A stretch of DNA of 64,000 nt from an uncultured Ignavibacteriales bacterium (GCA_963714795.1 CAVQPS010000010.1:385002-449001); one strand, 5' to 3'. Shown: positions 42,391 through 53,060, counted from the first letter of the stretch. Numbers and translations are program-made. The notes: a model not told the origin generated them from the letters alone.

Positions 42391-43345
42391 CATTCAATTC
42401 GTGACGGCGGAAATAAAAACTCCCGCCGGCATTTTTTCAAACAATCACAATTACGTCACGCAATCCTTGCTTCGTACACAAACACAAGATTATTTCAAAT
42501 CTCTTCAAGACAAGATTTGCAAAAACCTGGAAGCGGTTGACGGATCATCCCGGTTTTCCGAAGATTCATGGTCGCATCAGAACGGCGGCGGCGGAAGAAG
42601 CCGTGTGCTTCAGAACGGCGGCGTGTTTGAAAAAGCCGGAGTCAATTATTCCGCGGTCGACAGTATTCTTTCGGACCGAATCGCAGAACGGATGAACGTG
42701 CAACCGCAATCGATTTTTGCAACCGGCATCTCCCTCGTACTCCACCCGTTCAGCCCGATGATACCGACCGTTCACATGAATCTGAGATATCTCGAACTCG
42801 CAAGTGGCGATGCATGGTTTGGCGGGGGAATCGATCTCACACCATATTATCTCTTTGATGACGATGCGAAACATTTCCACCGGACATTAAAAACAGTTTG
42901 CGATACATATGATCCCGATCGGTATTCTCGCTTCAAGCAATGGTGTGATGAATATTTTACGATCAAACACCGCAATGAAACGCGCGGCATCGGCGGAATT
43001 TTTTTTGATTACCACCGGGACGATCTGAAGCGTTTTTTTTCTTTTATTCAGGATGTCGGTAATAATTTTCTGGATAGCTATCTTCCCATCGTCAAGCGGC
43101 GAACAGCGGAACCATGGGGCGAACGTGAAAAACAGTGGCAGCTTGTCCGTCGCGGGCGGTATGTCGAATTCAATTTATTGTATGATCGCGGAACGCTGTT
43201 CGGTTTGGAAACAGGCGGACGAACCGAATCCATTTTGATGTCGCTCCCTCCCGCGGCAAACTGGATATACGATCTCCGGATCGAACCGGCATCACGGGAA
43301 GAACGTCTTATGAAGATTCTTCAACATCCTCAATCCTGGATATGA
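42353..43345 (+). CDS. hemF: Oxygen-dependent coproporphyrinogen-III oxidase
   Basis: The motifs SWSHQNGGGGRSRVLQNGGVFEKAGVN, YVEFNLLYDRGTLFGLETGGRTESILMSLPP and a C-terminal W are present. The start is uncertain. The ATG at 42353 overlaps the upstream gene by 38 nt, and an in-frame GTG at 42401 is an alternative. Confidence 0.85.
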   Translation: MPNRSNVFSKVCNIQFVTAEIKTPAGIFSNNHNYVTQSLLRTQTQDYFKSLQDKICKNLEAVDGSSRFSEDSWSHQNGGGGRSRVLQNGGVFEKAGVNYSAVDSILSDRIAERMNVQPQSIFATGISLVLHPFSPMIPTVHMNLRYLELASGDAWFGGGIDLTPYYLFDDDAKHFHRTLKTVCDTYDPDRYSRFKQWCDEYFTIKHRNETRGIGGIFFDYHRDDLKRFFSFIQDVGNNFLDSYLPIVKRRTAEPWGEREKQWQLVRRGRYVEFNLLYDRGTLFGLETGGRTESILMSLPPAANWIYDLRIEPASREERLMKILQHPQSWI

Positions 43346-44421
43346 ATGCAGACCGAAATATTGCCGTCGTCCTTTTTCAACTTGGCGGACCCGATTCACT
43401 GGAAGCAGTCGAACCGTTTTTGTATAATCTTTTTTGCGACCCGGATATCATTAACTTTCCCGGAGCTTTCCTCGCACGAAAAGCATTGGCGCGTTTCATT
43501 TCCAGACGCCGCTCCCTTAAAGTTGTCGACCACTACAAAGAAATCGGCGGCAAATCTCCCATTGTCGATTTGACAAACGCTCAGGCATCGGCACTCGAGC
43601 AAAAACTTAATACGATGGTCAAAGCGAAAGTCTTTGTCGCAATGCGTTACTGGCATCCGTTAACACAGGAAGTGATCGCCGAACTCAAGAAAAAACAATA
43701 TTCAAATATCGTCCTGCTTCCGCTCTATCCTCAATTTTCCAAGGCGACGACAATTTCCAGCATGAAGGAATGGAGCCGGCAGTGTAAAATCCATAATTTT
43801 GTCGGTACTCTCGAATCTTCGATCTGCTGTTATTACAATCACCCGCTCTATATCGAAGCGATCGTGGAGAATATCAATCGTATCTATCAGAAATTTTCTC
43901 ATCTGAATCCGCACGATGTCGACCTGATTTTTAGCGCTCACGGAGTTCCGGTCAGTCTTATAAACGAAGGCGATCCATACCAACTGCACATCCAGGAAAC
44001 CGTCCGCCTCGTTGTGGAAAAAGGACAATGGCAATCGCCGCACCGTCTCTGCTTCCAGAGTAAAGTCGGACCGGCAGAATGGCTGAAGCCTTCTCTCGAC
44101 ACAACAGTTCACGAGCTTGCCGCCGGTGGCAGGAAATATCTTCTCGTCATTCCGATTGCATTTGTCACCGAGCATATCGAAACTCTTCACGAAATTAATA
44201 TTGAAACACGTGCAGAGGCCGGCCAACTCGGCGTCAAGCAATTTGAAATGATGCCTGCTCTCAACACTCATCCGAAATTCATAGAATGTCTTGCCGATAT
44301 TGTGATGAAAAAAGTGAACAACACTTCGATCGAACTCGGCTCATGCCGGCAAGCGATAACGCTCTATGATCAAAAGAAGCCGACAATTCTTTGTCCATTT
44401 TGGAATTCGTCGAGACAATAA
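43342..44421 (+). CDS. hemH: Ferrochelatase
   Basis: The N-terminus is IAVVLFQLGGPDSLEAVEPFLYNLFCDPDII. The motifs SAHGVP and a C-terminal HxxxE-like region are present. Its ATGA start overlaps the hemF stop. Confidence 0.9.
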   Translation: MNADRNIAVVLFQLGGPDSLEAVEPFLYNLFCDPDIINFPGAFLARKALARFISRRRSLKVVDHYKEIGGKSPIVDLTNAQASALEQKLNTMVKAKVFVAMRYWHPLTQEVIAELKKKQYSNIVLLPLYPQFSKATTISSMKEWSRQCKIHNFVGTLESSICCYYNHPLYIEAIVENINRIYQKFSHLNPHDVDLIFSAHGVPVSLINEGDPYQLHIQETVRLVVEKGQWQSPHRLCFQSKVGPAEWLKPSLDTTVHELAAGGRKYLLVIPIAFVTEHIETLHEINIETRAEAGQLGVKQFEMMPALNTHPKFIECLADIVMKKVNNTSIELGSCRQAITLYDQKKPTILCPFWNSSRQ

Positions 44422-44424
44422 CGA

Positions 44425-45822
44425 ATGGAGAATATTTCAAAACATATTGTCGTCGTGGGGGCCGGAATTTCCGGCCTGTGCACTGCATATTGGTTGAAAA
44501 AACGCGGGTTCAATGTCACCGTTTTTGAAGCCGACAGCGAACCGGGCGGAACGATGAAGACAATTCGCAGGGGTGGCTGGTTAATTGAAACCGGACCGAA
44601 CAGCGCACTCGAAACGACGCCGTTACTTCGCGAATTATTCGACCAACTGGAAATCACCGATCAGCGTCTCTACGCCGATGATGCCGCTTCGAAAAGGTTT
44701 ATTGTCAGGAACAGCATGTTGAATGTCTTACCGATGGGTTTGGGGTCATTTCTTTCGACCCGGCTCTGGTCGGTCGGCGGAAAATTACGTCTGCTGAAAG
44801 AACCGTTCATCAAAAAAGCATTGAAGGAAGAATCGATCGCTGAATTTGTCACACGCCGTTTGGGAAAAGAATTTCTCGACTATGCAATTAACCCGTTTGT
44901 TGCGGGCGTCTATGCGGGAAGTCCGGAAAAACTATCCGTCCGGTTTGCCTTTCCGAAATTATACGCACTGGAAGCAAATTACGGAGGCCTGATGAAAGGA
45001 ACAATCAAATCCCGCCGAGAGCGAAAGAAACGAAAAGAAATTGCCAAAGACCGGGCGCGTTTATTTTCATTCTCCAACGGTATGCAGACATTGCCGAATC
45101 GTCTTGCGGAAGCTCTGGGTGATTCTCTCCGATTATCCACTCAGGTTGAACATATCATTCCGATGCGAGCCGGTCGTTATCCGAAGTATACAATCTCGAT
45201 TACGAACAATTCTATTCGAACTTCAGTCGACGCGGATGCAGTTGTGCTCAGCACTCCAGCATATGCCGCTTCAAACATCATCCGGCCGATCGATCCGGAA
45301 ATGGCTTCCATGCTCGATGCTATTTATTATCCTCCGGTTGCGGAAATATTTCTTGGTTTCAAACATGATCAAATCCGGCGGCGATTGGATGGATTCGGTT
45401 TTCTTGTTCCTGAAGTCGAAAAGAAAAATATTCTCGGCTGCATCTGGTCGTCATCATTGTTTCCGGACCGGGCTCCGACCGGATATGTTGCACTGACGTC
45501 ATTCGTCGGCGGCTCGCGCCAACCCGGCCTTGTGGACTCCACCGACGCGAAGCTGATGGAAATCGTCATGGACGATTTGCGGTCATTGATGGGAATCGAT
45601 GGGATGCCTGCGCTGGTAAAAATCGTCCGCTGGAAGAGTGCCATCCCGCAATACAATGTCGGTTACGGCATGACTATCAAAGCAATCGAACGATTCGAAC
45701 AAAATTATCGCGGCACGTTCTTATGCAGTAATTATCGCGGAGGAATTGCGGTCGGGGATTGCGTGATGAACGCGGAAAAAACAGTTCAGACCGTTATGGA
45801 ATATCTTGCCGGCAGCTTATAA
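44425..45822 (+). CDS. hemY: FAD-dependent protoporphyrinogen oxidase (HemY/PgoX type)
   Basis: The FAD GxGxxG motif is present as VVVGAGISGLCTAY. The region EADSEPGGTMKT...GWLIETGPNS and the flavin amine-oxidase fold length of 465 aa fit. It is the last gene of the hem string. Confidence 0.85.
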   Translation: MENISKHIVVVGAGISGLCTAYWLKKRGFNVTVFEADSEPGGTMKTIRRGGWLIETGPNSALETTPLLRELFDQLEITDQRLYADDAASKRFIVRNSMLNVLPMGLGSFLSTRLWSVGGKLRLLKEPFIKKALKEESIAEFVTRRLGKEFLDYAINPFVAGVYAGSPEKLSVRFAFPKLYALEANYGGLMKGTIKSRRERKKRKEIAKDRARLFSFSNGMQTLPNRLAEALGDSLRLSTQVEHIIPMRAGRYPKYTISITNNSIRTSVDADAVVLSTPAYAASNIIRPIDPEMASMLDAIYYPPVAEIFLGFKHDQIRRRLDGFGFLVPEVEKKNILGCIWSSSLFPDRAPTGYVALTSFVGGSRQPGLVDSTDAKLMEIVMDDLRSLMGIDGMPALVKIVRWKSAIPQYNVGYGMTIKAIERFEQNYRGTFLCSNYRGGIAVGDCVMNAEKTVQTVMEYLAGSL

Positions 45823-45824
45823 TT

Positions 45825-46742
45825 CTACGGTACGCGTTTCAACCAGATTTCTTTCCACATAAAACAATTGTTCCGCGGGCAACTGCGATGCGAGCTCCCG
45901 TCACAATTCGTGTTATCGAGCAGAACCGTATTCTGAATCCTTTGCATTTTCCCGGTTGCTTCAAGAATAATGCGATCCACCGGCAGGGCAACATGAAATT
46001 GCTTTCCGCAAAACGCATGCATTTCCGGTGAAAATTCCATTCCTTTGTTTCTTCCGGTTTCATTCAAGGTCGCGGCGATTTCTTCCTTGCTCTTGACTTC
46101 AATAACTTCACCGGCGCGAAGATCCAATGATACATCCGGGGTTTTCGTGAGCGTTCCGCGCAGCATGCCATATTCCGGTTTGCCGAACGTCCGTTGAACT
46201 TTATTATACAAAACGATCGCCAGCGTTCGTATAACATGCCCGATCGAAACATGCCCGAAACGATAATCATTAACATACTGACTTATCTTCCACCAGGGAA
46301 GATCGTATGTGGCCCGGGATAATTCCGTCGACTGACAAAAATATGTTTCGGCATCCACTTTTGTTTTTAGCCGTATTCCGGAATCATCATTCTCAATTTT
46401 TGCCGGTGACAATTCTCTTTCCGCAACACGCTCCAGCCATGCTTCTTTCCAGAAAATCAAACATGCCCGCTGACAGCCATGGTGTGATGCGCCGTTGCAC
46501 CGAATGTTTTCAAGAAACACCGCGTTGCTCATGCCGCGAACGCCCGCCAGTTCAACGCACGTTTTTTCTGCACGTTTATAAACACGAAAAGTTTTGCCGC
46601 AATACTCGCGCATCTCCGGCATAAACGGCAACAGATCAAGCGTACTTTGATCGTCGAGTGTCCGGAGAATCTCACGAAACGGTTTTACACGGACAACGTC
46701 ACCGGTTCGAAGATGAAGCTTCTGTTGAATATCTGATTTCAT
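45825..46742 (-). CDS. Uncharacterised protein with two tandem ~140-aa modules, each carrying a conserved C-x-G-x-SH-x-x-C-x-R ... FWKE.WL.RV motif
   Basis: Half 1 (residues ~10-110) and half 2 (~205-305) align. The shared positions are L..GDVVRVK...EI..TL, F.PEM...CGK.F.V, C.G.SH..C.R and WKE.WL.RV. It is an intact 305-aa ORF whose stop lies 2 nt from the hemY stop. Confidence 0.55.
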   Translation of the reverse strand: MKSDIQQKLHLRTGDVVRVKPFREILRTLDDQSTLDLLPFMPEMREYCGKTFRVYKRAEKTCVELAGVRGMSNAVFLENIRCNGASHHGCQRACLIFWKEAWLERVAERELSPAKIENDDSGIRLKTKVDAETYFCQSTELSRATYDLPWWKISQYVNDYRFGHVSIGHVIRTLAIVLYNKVQRTFGKPEYGMLRGTLTKTPDVSLDLRAGEVIEVKSKEEIAATLNETGRNKGMEFSPEMHAFCGKQFHVALPVDRIILEATGKMQRIQNTVLLDNTNCDGSSHRSCPRNNCFMWKEIWLKRVP

Positions 46743-46995
46743 AAATACAATTTCTTTTTGGAAAACGGATTGATCAAATCCAAAAACGCAATATATTCAA
46801 AATGAAAGACAACCGTTGTGATTTGCCGTACATTTCATATTTGAGAAATTGATGAAAAAATATACCAAATCCTAAAGCGGTAGTCAAGAAATCCTCTTTT
46901 GCTTGAATAATTCGTTCATGCATTTTTCCGAAAAAATTTGTACATTGACATCAATAAACTTCCCCCTTCAATTTCACTTTTTCATGGAGCACAAT

Positions 46996-48369
46996 ATGGT
47001 CAATATTCCTGCGCCTACGTCAACAGGGCAGAAAACGAGTCCTCCCGCGGCCAGCAAACAATCAATCACTATTATCGACAATCGAACGGGCAAACAATAC
47101 GAAATTCCCATTGAACATGAAACGATTCGTGCGATCGACCTCCGGCAAATCAAAGTCAATGCCGATGATTTCGGTTTGATGACATACGATCCCGCCTTCA
47201 TGAACACGGCGGCCTGCAAGAGCAAGATCACGTTCATCGATGGTGATAAGGGAATTCTTCGATACCGCGGGTATCCGATTGAACAACTTGCCGAAAAAAG
47301 TACGTTTCTTGAAACAGCATATCTCATTATCTACGGAGAACTGCCTGCAAAGTCGCAAGCCGAAGATTGGACGAACAATATCATGATGCACACGCTGATT
47401 CATGAAAATGTCAAAAAATTTGTCGACGGTTTTCATTATGATGCTCATCCGATGGGGATGCTGGTCAGTTCCGTTGCGGCGCTTTCGACATTTTACACCG
47501 ATGCAAAACATATCAATGATCCTGAATCACGGACAAAACAGATTTACCGTCTCGTTGGCAAAATGCCGACGCTCGCCGCATTTGCATTCCGGCACAGCGT
47601 CGGACGACCGTACGTTTATCCCGACAATGAATTGAGTTATGCCGGAAATTTTCTCAGCATGCTGTTCAAGATGACGGAGATTCGATACAAGGTCAATCCG
47701 GTTCTCGAACATGCCCTTGACGTGCTTTTCATCCTCCATGCCGATCACGAACAAAATTGCAGTACGAGCGCGATGCGCAACGTCGGCAGTTCACAGGTCG
47801 ATCCGTACTCTGCCACAGCCGCTGCCGCGGCCGCGTTATACGGACCGTTACATGGCGGAGCGAACGAAGCGGTTCTCGAAATGCTCGATGGAATCGGAAG
47901 CAAAAATAATATCCCCGAATTCATCAAGTCGGTGAAAGAAGGCAAAGGAAAGTTGATGGGATTCGGACATCGTGTTTATAAGAATTATGACCCGCGGGCA
48001 AAAGTCATCAAGCGTCTTGCCGATGAAGTTTTCGAAGTCACCGGTCGAAACCCGAAATTAGACATTGCACTGGAACTGGAACGCATTGCACTGGAAGACG
48101 AATATTTCATCAAACGAAAACTGTATCCCAACGTCGATTTTTATTCCGGATTGATTTACCAGGCAATGGGATTTCCGGTGGAGATGTTCCCTGTCTTGTT
48201 TGCCATCGGCCGCACGCCGGGCTGGGTTGCCCAATGGCAGGAAATGCTTCTCGATCCCGACCAAAAAATCGCACGTCCCCGGCAGATTTATCTGGGCAGC
48301 GATACCCGTGATTATATCATGATGGGCAAGCGCGATGACGTACAGAAAGAGAACAAAACCGGGGCATAA
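46996..48369 (+). CDS. gltA: Citrate synthase (type II)
   Basis: The motifs GYPIEQLAE, HADHEQNCSTSAMR, MGFGHRVYKNYDPRAKVIKRL and YPNVDFYSGLIYQAMG are present. Start is assigned to the ATG at 46996, which follows a GGAG 6 nt upstream. The ORF is open from 46903. Confidence 0.9.
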   Translation: MVNIPAPTSTGQKTSPPAASKQSITIIDNRTGKQYEIPIEHETIRAIDLRQIKVNADDFGLMTYDPAFMNTAACKSKITFIDGDKGILRYRGYPIEQLAEKSTFLETAYLIIYGELPAKSQAEDWTNNIMMHTLIHENVKKFVDGFHYDAHPMGMLVSSVAALSTFYTDAKHINDPESRTKQIYRLVGKMPTLAAFAFRHSVGRPYVYPDNELSYAGNFLSMLFKMTEIRYKVNPVLEHALDVLFILHADHEQNCSTSAMRNVGSSQVDPYSATAAAAAALYGPLHGGANEAVLEMLDGIGSKNNIPEFIKSVKEGKGKLMGFGHRVYKNYDPRAKVIKRLADEVFEVTGRNPKLDIALELERIALEDEYFIKRKLYPNVDFYSGLIYQAMGFPVEMFPVLFAIGRTPGWVAQWQEMLLDPDQKIARPRQIYLGSDTRDYIMMGKRDDVQKENKTGA

Positions 48370-48404
48370 TAAACCATGAACGGAAATCATCCGAAACGGT
48401 CTCC

Positions 48405-49319
48405 TTGAGCGAAAGCGTAATTCTCGTCCTTTTTAATGTATTTATTCTTCTGATGCTGGCGTTGGATTTGGGAATCGTCCAGCGAAAAGCACATTTTCCC
48501 GCAATGAAGGAAGCAATCGGCTGGTCGGCAGTCTGGATCAGCCTCGCATTGCTTTTTGATATTTTTATCTGGTACGACCTCGGCCCGACGAAGGCGCTTG
48601 AATTCCTCACCGGTTATATTGTCGAACAGGCACTTTCCGTCGACAACGTCTTCGTCTTCATCGTGATCTTTACATATTTTGCAGTTCCGAAAGAAAGTCA
48701 GCACAAAGTATTGTTCTGGGGAATTCTGGGAGCGATAGTTTTTCGCGCGACCTTCATTGTGCTCGGTGTTTCTCTCGTTGCAAAATTCCACTGGATTTTG
48801 TATGCACTCGGCGCGTTTCTTGTCTTCACCGCAATCAAACTTGCCCTCCAGGAAGAAACACAGGTCGATCCGGAGCGAAATCCGTTCGTTCGCTATGCCC
48901 GAAAAATCTTTCCGCTTACCGATCGGTATCACGAATCGAAATTCTTCGTCACGAATAACGGAACAAGATTTGCCACGCCGCTCTTTCTCGTCCTTGTCAT
49001 GATCGAAACAACCGATATTGCGTTTGCCACCGATTCCATTCCTGCAATTTTTGCAATCACACGCGACACCATTATCATTTATACATCGAATATTTTTGCC
49101 ATTCTTGGATTGCGATCGCTCTACTTTGTCGTGTCCGGAATGATGAAAGAATTTCGTTATTTGAAATACGGTTTGTCGGTCGTGCTCGCTTTTATCGGGA
49201 TAAAAATGTTGATTGAACCGTTTTTGGGAATCCCTATCTCCTATTCACTCCTGTCAATTTTCGGCACTCTTGCAATTGCGGTAATCGCTTCCATCATCGC
49301 CGATAAGAAAACGGTATGA
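48405..49319 (+). CDS. TerC/Alx-family integral membrane protein
   Basis: The characteristic pattern is ALSVDNVFVFIVIF ... ETTDIAFATDSIPAIFAIT ... IFAILGLRSLYF, with ~8 TM helices. Confidence 0.8.
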   Translation: MSESVILVLFNVFILLMLALDLGIVQRKAHFPAMKEAIGWSAVWISLALLFDIFIWYDLGPTKALEFLTGYIVEQALSVDNVFVFIVIFTYFAVPKESQHKVLFWGILGAIVFRATFIVLGVSLVAKFHWILYALGAFLVFTAIKLALQEETQVDPERNPFVRYARKIFPLTDRYHESKFFVTNNGTRFATPLFLVLVMIETTDIAFATDSIPAIFAITRDTIIIYTSNIFAILGLRSLYFVVSGMMKEFRYLKYGLSVVLAFIGIKMLIEPFLGIPISYSLLSIFGTLAIAVIASIIADKKTV

Positions 49320-49774
49320 AACGACATCCGGCGTTTGTCGCCCTTTCTCAGGAACATCACGATGGATTACTTCTTGCAACGCGGCTGCAGCAGGGATCGA
49401 ACGCTCTCCTTCGATTATGGTCGCATGATCTTCACTGGCAGTCGGAATATGTCATAAAATTTTTCGATGATAATCTCCGCCAGCACTTTTCCGTTGAAGA
49501 AGAGATCGTTTTCCCGGTTGCCCGGCAATATCTTCCCGACGATTCCGGTATGGTTCAGAAATTGGTTGACCAGCACAACGACATGAGATCGATTGCAGAA
49601 TCTCTCCGCCTTCCGGCCGAAGAAAAACTGCAGAATTTGCTGACACAATTCGGAAAAATCCTCGAAGCACATATCCGCATCGAAGAACGGGAATTCTTTC
49701 CATTGTGTGAGGCACGAATTCCCGAAGAACAAATACGGGCATTGGGCAAACGAATCAACGAACAATTGAAATAA
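49316..49774 (+). CDS. Hemerythrin HHE cation-binding domain protein
   Basis: The His/Glu pattern is H..E.HD.LL ... HFSVEEEIVFP ... HIRIEEREFFP. Length is 152 aa. Its ATGA start overlaps the TerC stop. Confidence 0.7.
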   Translation: MKRHPAFVALSQEHHDGLLLATRLQQGSNALLRLWSHDLHWQSEYVIKFFDDNLRQHFSVEEEIVFPVARQYLPDDSGMVQKLVDQHNDMRSIAESLRLPAEEKLQNLLTQFGKILEAHIRIEEREFFPLCEARIPEEQIRALGKRINEQLK

Positions 49775-49780
49775 CCTGCC

Positions 49781-50587
49781 ATGCGATTGATATCGAACAG
49801 TATAGGAACTGAATATACGGTACAAGGGCCGCGCACCGGCTTGCCGGTCATACTGATTCACGGTTTTCCGTTCAGCAAGGAAATGTGGAAACCACAGGTC
49901 GATGCACTCGGAAAGGAATTTTACCTTGTCACGTATGATATCCGCGGGCACGGAGCGAGTGATGCCGGCGACGGACAATACTCCATCGAGTTATTCGTCG
50001 ACGACCTGATTGCACTCATGGACCACTTAAAAATTTCCCGTGCCATTGCGGCGGGACTTTCGATGGGCGGATATATTGCGTTACGTGCAATCGAACGGCA
50101 CCCCGATCGCTTTCGCGGACTCGTCCTGTGCGATACAAAAAGCGAAGCGGATAACAATGAAGGAAAAATCCGCCGAATGGCGCAAGTCAAAATCATTAAA
50201 ACTGACGGTTTGCAAAGCTTTGCCGCCGGGTTTCTCAAAAATATTTTTTATGAAAAGACATTTCAGAAAAACCCGGGAGCGGTCGAACTCATTCGAAACG
50301 TCATCGATTCTTCCAATCCGCTTGCCGTTACCGGAACGTTACTTGCGCTTGCCGCACGCACCGATACGACATCGACACTGTATCTGATAAAAGTTCCGAC
50401 ATTAATTCTCGTCGGCAAACATGACACGACGACGCCTCCCTCCGCCGCCAACGCGATGAAAGAAAAAATCCCCAACGCAGCGCTTTATATCATTAACAAT
50501 GCCGGCCATCTGAGCAACCTTGAAAATCCGGAAGATTTTAACAAGCATCTCCTGGAATATTTATTGAAATTAAAAGCAGAACGGTAA
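49781..50587 (+). CDS. Alpha/beta-fold hydrolase
   Basis: An oxyanion motif (ILIHGFPFS), the nucleophile elbow (GLSMGG) and a C-terminal His (AGHLSNLENPE) are present. Confidence 0.75.
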   Translation: MRLISNSIGTEYTVQGPRTGLPVILIHGFPFSKEMWKPQVDALGKEFYLVTYDIRGHGASDAGDGQYSIELFVDDLIALMDHLKISRAIAAGLSMGGYIALRAIERHPDRFRGLVLCDTKSEADNNEGKIRRMAQVKIIKTDGLQSFAAGFLKNIFYEKTFQKNPGAVELIRNVIDSSNPLAVTGTLLALAARTDTTSTLYLIKVPTLILVGKHDTTTPPSAANAMKEKIPNAALYIINNAGHLSNLENPEDFNKHLLEYLLKLKAER

Positions 50588-50667
50588 GAAACCGAACTCC
50601 CCGATTTGAAGTTGAAACGGGAGTTTGGTACATTTGTATTATCACTTGAACACGAAAGGAATCCCAC

Positions 50668-51681
50668 ATGCACAGCATTGAAAAATCTCCACCCGACATA
50701 AACACACAAACCGAACCGCGATTCTTCCAACGACTTCGCCGAACGCGGATGACTGCAGCACTCCGGTCGATGGTACGTGAAACGGAACTGTCAAAAAATG
50801 ATTTTATCTATCCCATGTTCGTCTATCCGGGAACGAAAGTAAAGAAAGAAATTTCTTCAATGCCCGGAATCTTTCAGTTATCGATCGATGAGATCGTTCG
50901 GGAATGTGTGGAGGTGAAAAAATTAGGAATTCCCGCCGTGATCCTGTTCGGCATTCCGGAACATAAAGATGAGGTCGGCAGTGAGGCGTACAACGATCTC
51001 GGCATCGTCCAGCGCGCAATCCGTTCGATCAAGAAAGAAGTGCCGGAACTTGTCGTCATCACCGATGTCTGTTTATGCGAATACACATCGCACGGTCACT
51101 GCGGGATTGTCAATGGTGATGAAATCGTGAACGATGCCTCGATCGAACTTCTTGCACAGGAAGCGCTCACCCACGCCCAAGCCGGCGCGGATATGGTTGC
51201 ACCGTCGGATATGTTCGACGGGCGGGTCGGTGCCATCCGTGCAATTCTCGATGAACATAAATTTCATAACATACCGATCATGGCATACGCGGCAAAATAT
51301 GCCTCCGGATTTTACGGTCCATTCCGTGAAGCTGCCGAAAGCACGCCGAAGTTCGGTGATCGCCGATCGCATCAAATGGATCCGGCAAATTCCGATGAAG
51401 CGTTACGCGAAGTGCAAGCAGACATCGACGAGGGAGCCGATATCGTCATGGTCAAGCCGGCGATGCCGTATCTTGACATCATCCGCCGCGTCAAAGACAC
51501 ATTTCAAATGCCGACGGCGGCATACAACGTGAGCGGTGAATATTCCATGGTGAAAGCCGCTGCCCGGCTCGGCTGGATCGACGAACAACGCGTGATGATG
51601 GAATTGCTGACCGGCATCAAACGTGCCGGGGCGGATATGATCCTCACCTATTTTGCAAAAGACGCCGCAAAATTACTGTAA
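50668..51681 (+). CDS. hemB: Porphobilinogen synthase (delta-aminolevulinate dehydratase)
   Basis: The N-terminus is [29 protein letters not shown]. The metal-site region [14 protein letters not shown], the active-site Lys region [11 protein letters not shown] and the C-terminal [10 protein letters not shown] are present. Confidence 0.9.
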   Translation: MHSIEKSPPDINTQTEPRFFQRLRRTRMTAALRSMVRETELSKNDFIYPMFVYPGTKVKKEISSMPGIFQLSIDEIVRECVEVKKLGIPAVILFGIPEHKDEVGSEAYNDLGIVQRAIRSIKKEVPELVVITDVCLCEYTSHGHCGIVNGDEIVNDASIELLAQEALTHAQAGADMVAPSDMFDGRVGAIRAILDEHKFHNIPIMAYAAKYASGFYGPFREAAESTPKFGDRRSHQMDPANSDEALREVQADIDEGADIVMVKPAMPYLDIIRRVKDTFQMPTAAYNVSGEYSMVKAAARLGWIDEQRVMMELLTGIKRAGADMILTYFAKDAAKLL

Positions 51682-51746
51682 TGAGGTTCCACCAGCTAAA
51701 TACTTTTTTTTCCTTTTGACTTTTTCTTTTTTACTTTCTGAATGGA

Positions 51747-53042
51747 ATGAAAACGACAAAAAAATCGGAAAAACTTTTTCACCGTGCACAGAAACATATT
51801 CCGGGAGGAGTGAATTCTCCCGTCCGCGCTTTTAAATCGGTCGGCATCAATCCGATATTTATCCAACGCGGAAAAGGAGCATACCTGTGGGACGTTGATG
51901 GAAACAAATACATCGATTACGTCGGTTCCTGGGGACCGATGATCCTGGGACATGCTCATCCGGAAATCTTGAAAGCCATTCAGCAAGCCATGAAATCCGG
52001 AACAAGTTTCGGCGCACCGACGGAACTGGAAGTAAAAATGGCGGAGTTGATAACGACGATGGTCCCGTCGATCGAAATTGTCCGCATGGTCAACTCCGGA
52101 ACGGAAGCAACGATGAGCGCCATCCGGCTTGCACGTGCCTATACCGGCAAAGATAAAATCATCAAGTTTGAAGGTTGCTATCACGGGCATGGCGATTCGT
52201 TCCTTATCAAAGCCGGGTCAGGTGCGGCAACATTCGGAGTTCCCGACAGTCCCGGTGTTCCGAAAGCTCTTGCCGCCGAAACGTTGAATGCCCGTTATAA
52301 CGATATCAGTTCTGTCCGAAAACTTGTTGCAGATTTCCCGTCACAGATTGCAGCGATCATCGTCGAACCGGTTGTCGGAAATATGGGATGCGTTCCTCCA
52401 AAAGCCGGTTTCCTCAAGAACCTTCGCGAATTATGCACGGAGCAGAAAATCATTTTCATTATGGATGAAGTGATGACCGGATTCCGGCTTGCACCCGGCG
52501 GCGCACAGGAACTCTATCATATTACGCCTGACCTGACGACATTGGGAAAAATTATCGGCGGCGGACTTCCGGTGGGTGCGTACGGCGGAAAAAAGGAAAT
52601 CATGCAGATGGTTTCGCCGAGCGGACCGATGTATCAGGCAGGAACACTGTCCGGCAATCCACTTGCAATGGCGGCCGGTTACACATTGCTTTCAATTCTT
52701 TTGAAGAACAAATCGATCTATAAAGCTCTCGAGCAACGATCTGCCATACTGGAAAACGGTATCCGTGAAAACATGGATTCGCTCGGAATGTCATGGACGT
52801 TAAATCGTGTCGGATCGATGTTCACGCTATTTTTTTCCGATAAACCGGTAGCTAATTTTGATGATGCAAAAACATCGGATACGTCGAAGTTTGCCGCATA
52901 CTTCCGATCAATGCTGGAGCAGGGAATCTATCTCCCGCCTTCACAATTTGAAGCCGCGTTTCTTTCAGCAAGCCATACAGCATCTGATATTGAAAAAACT
53001 ATCAAGGCAAACAAGAAAGCGTTAAAATCAGTACAAAAGTAA
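51747..53042 (+). CDS. hemL: Glutamate-1-semialdehyde 2,1-aminomutase
   Basis: The motifs [17 protein letters not shown] and [19 protein letters not shown] are present. A PLP-lysine region ([18 protein letters not shown]) is present. Confidence 0.9.
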   Translation: MKTTKKSEKLFHRAQKHIPGGVNSPVRAFKSVGINPIFIQRGKGAYLWDVDGNKYIDYVGSWGPMILGHAHPEILKAIQQAMKSGTSFGAPTELEVKMAELITTMVPSIEIVRMVNSGTEATMSAIRLARAYTGKDKIIKFEGCYHGHGDSFLIKAGSGAATFGVPDSPGVPKALAAETLNARYNDISSVRKLVADFPSQIAAIIVEPVVGNMGCVPPKAGFLKNLRELCTEQKIIFIMDEVMTGFRLAPGGAQELYHITPDLTTLGKIIGGGLPVGAYGGKKEIMQMVSPSGPMYQAGTLSGNPLAMAAGYTLLSILLKNKSIYKALEQRSAILENGIRENMDSLGMSWTLNRVGSMFTLFFSDKPVANFDDAKTSDTSKFAAYFRSMLEQGIYLPPSQFEAAFLSASHTASDIEKTIKANKKALKSVQK

Positions 53043-53060
53043 TCTCGTTGGTATTGCTAT

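Noticed and set aside
48387-48932. 181-aa minus-strand ORF antisense to the TerC gene
   Set aside because: It lies inside the TerC-family CDS, whose signature motifs are intact. It has no independent support.
50596-50633. Hairpin between the alpha/beta hydrolase gene and hemB (aactcccg-N14-cgggagtt)
   Set aside because: It has an 8-bp stem with a 14-nt loop and only a modest T-run. It could be an attenuator or weak terminator, but the evidence is too thin to annotate.
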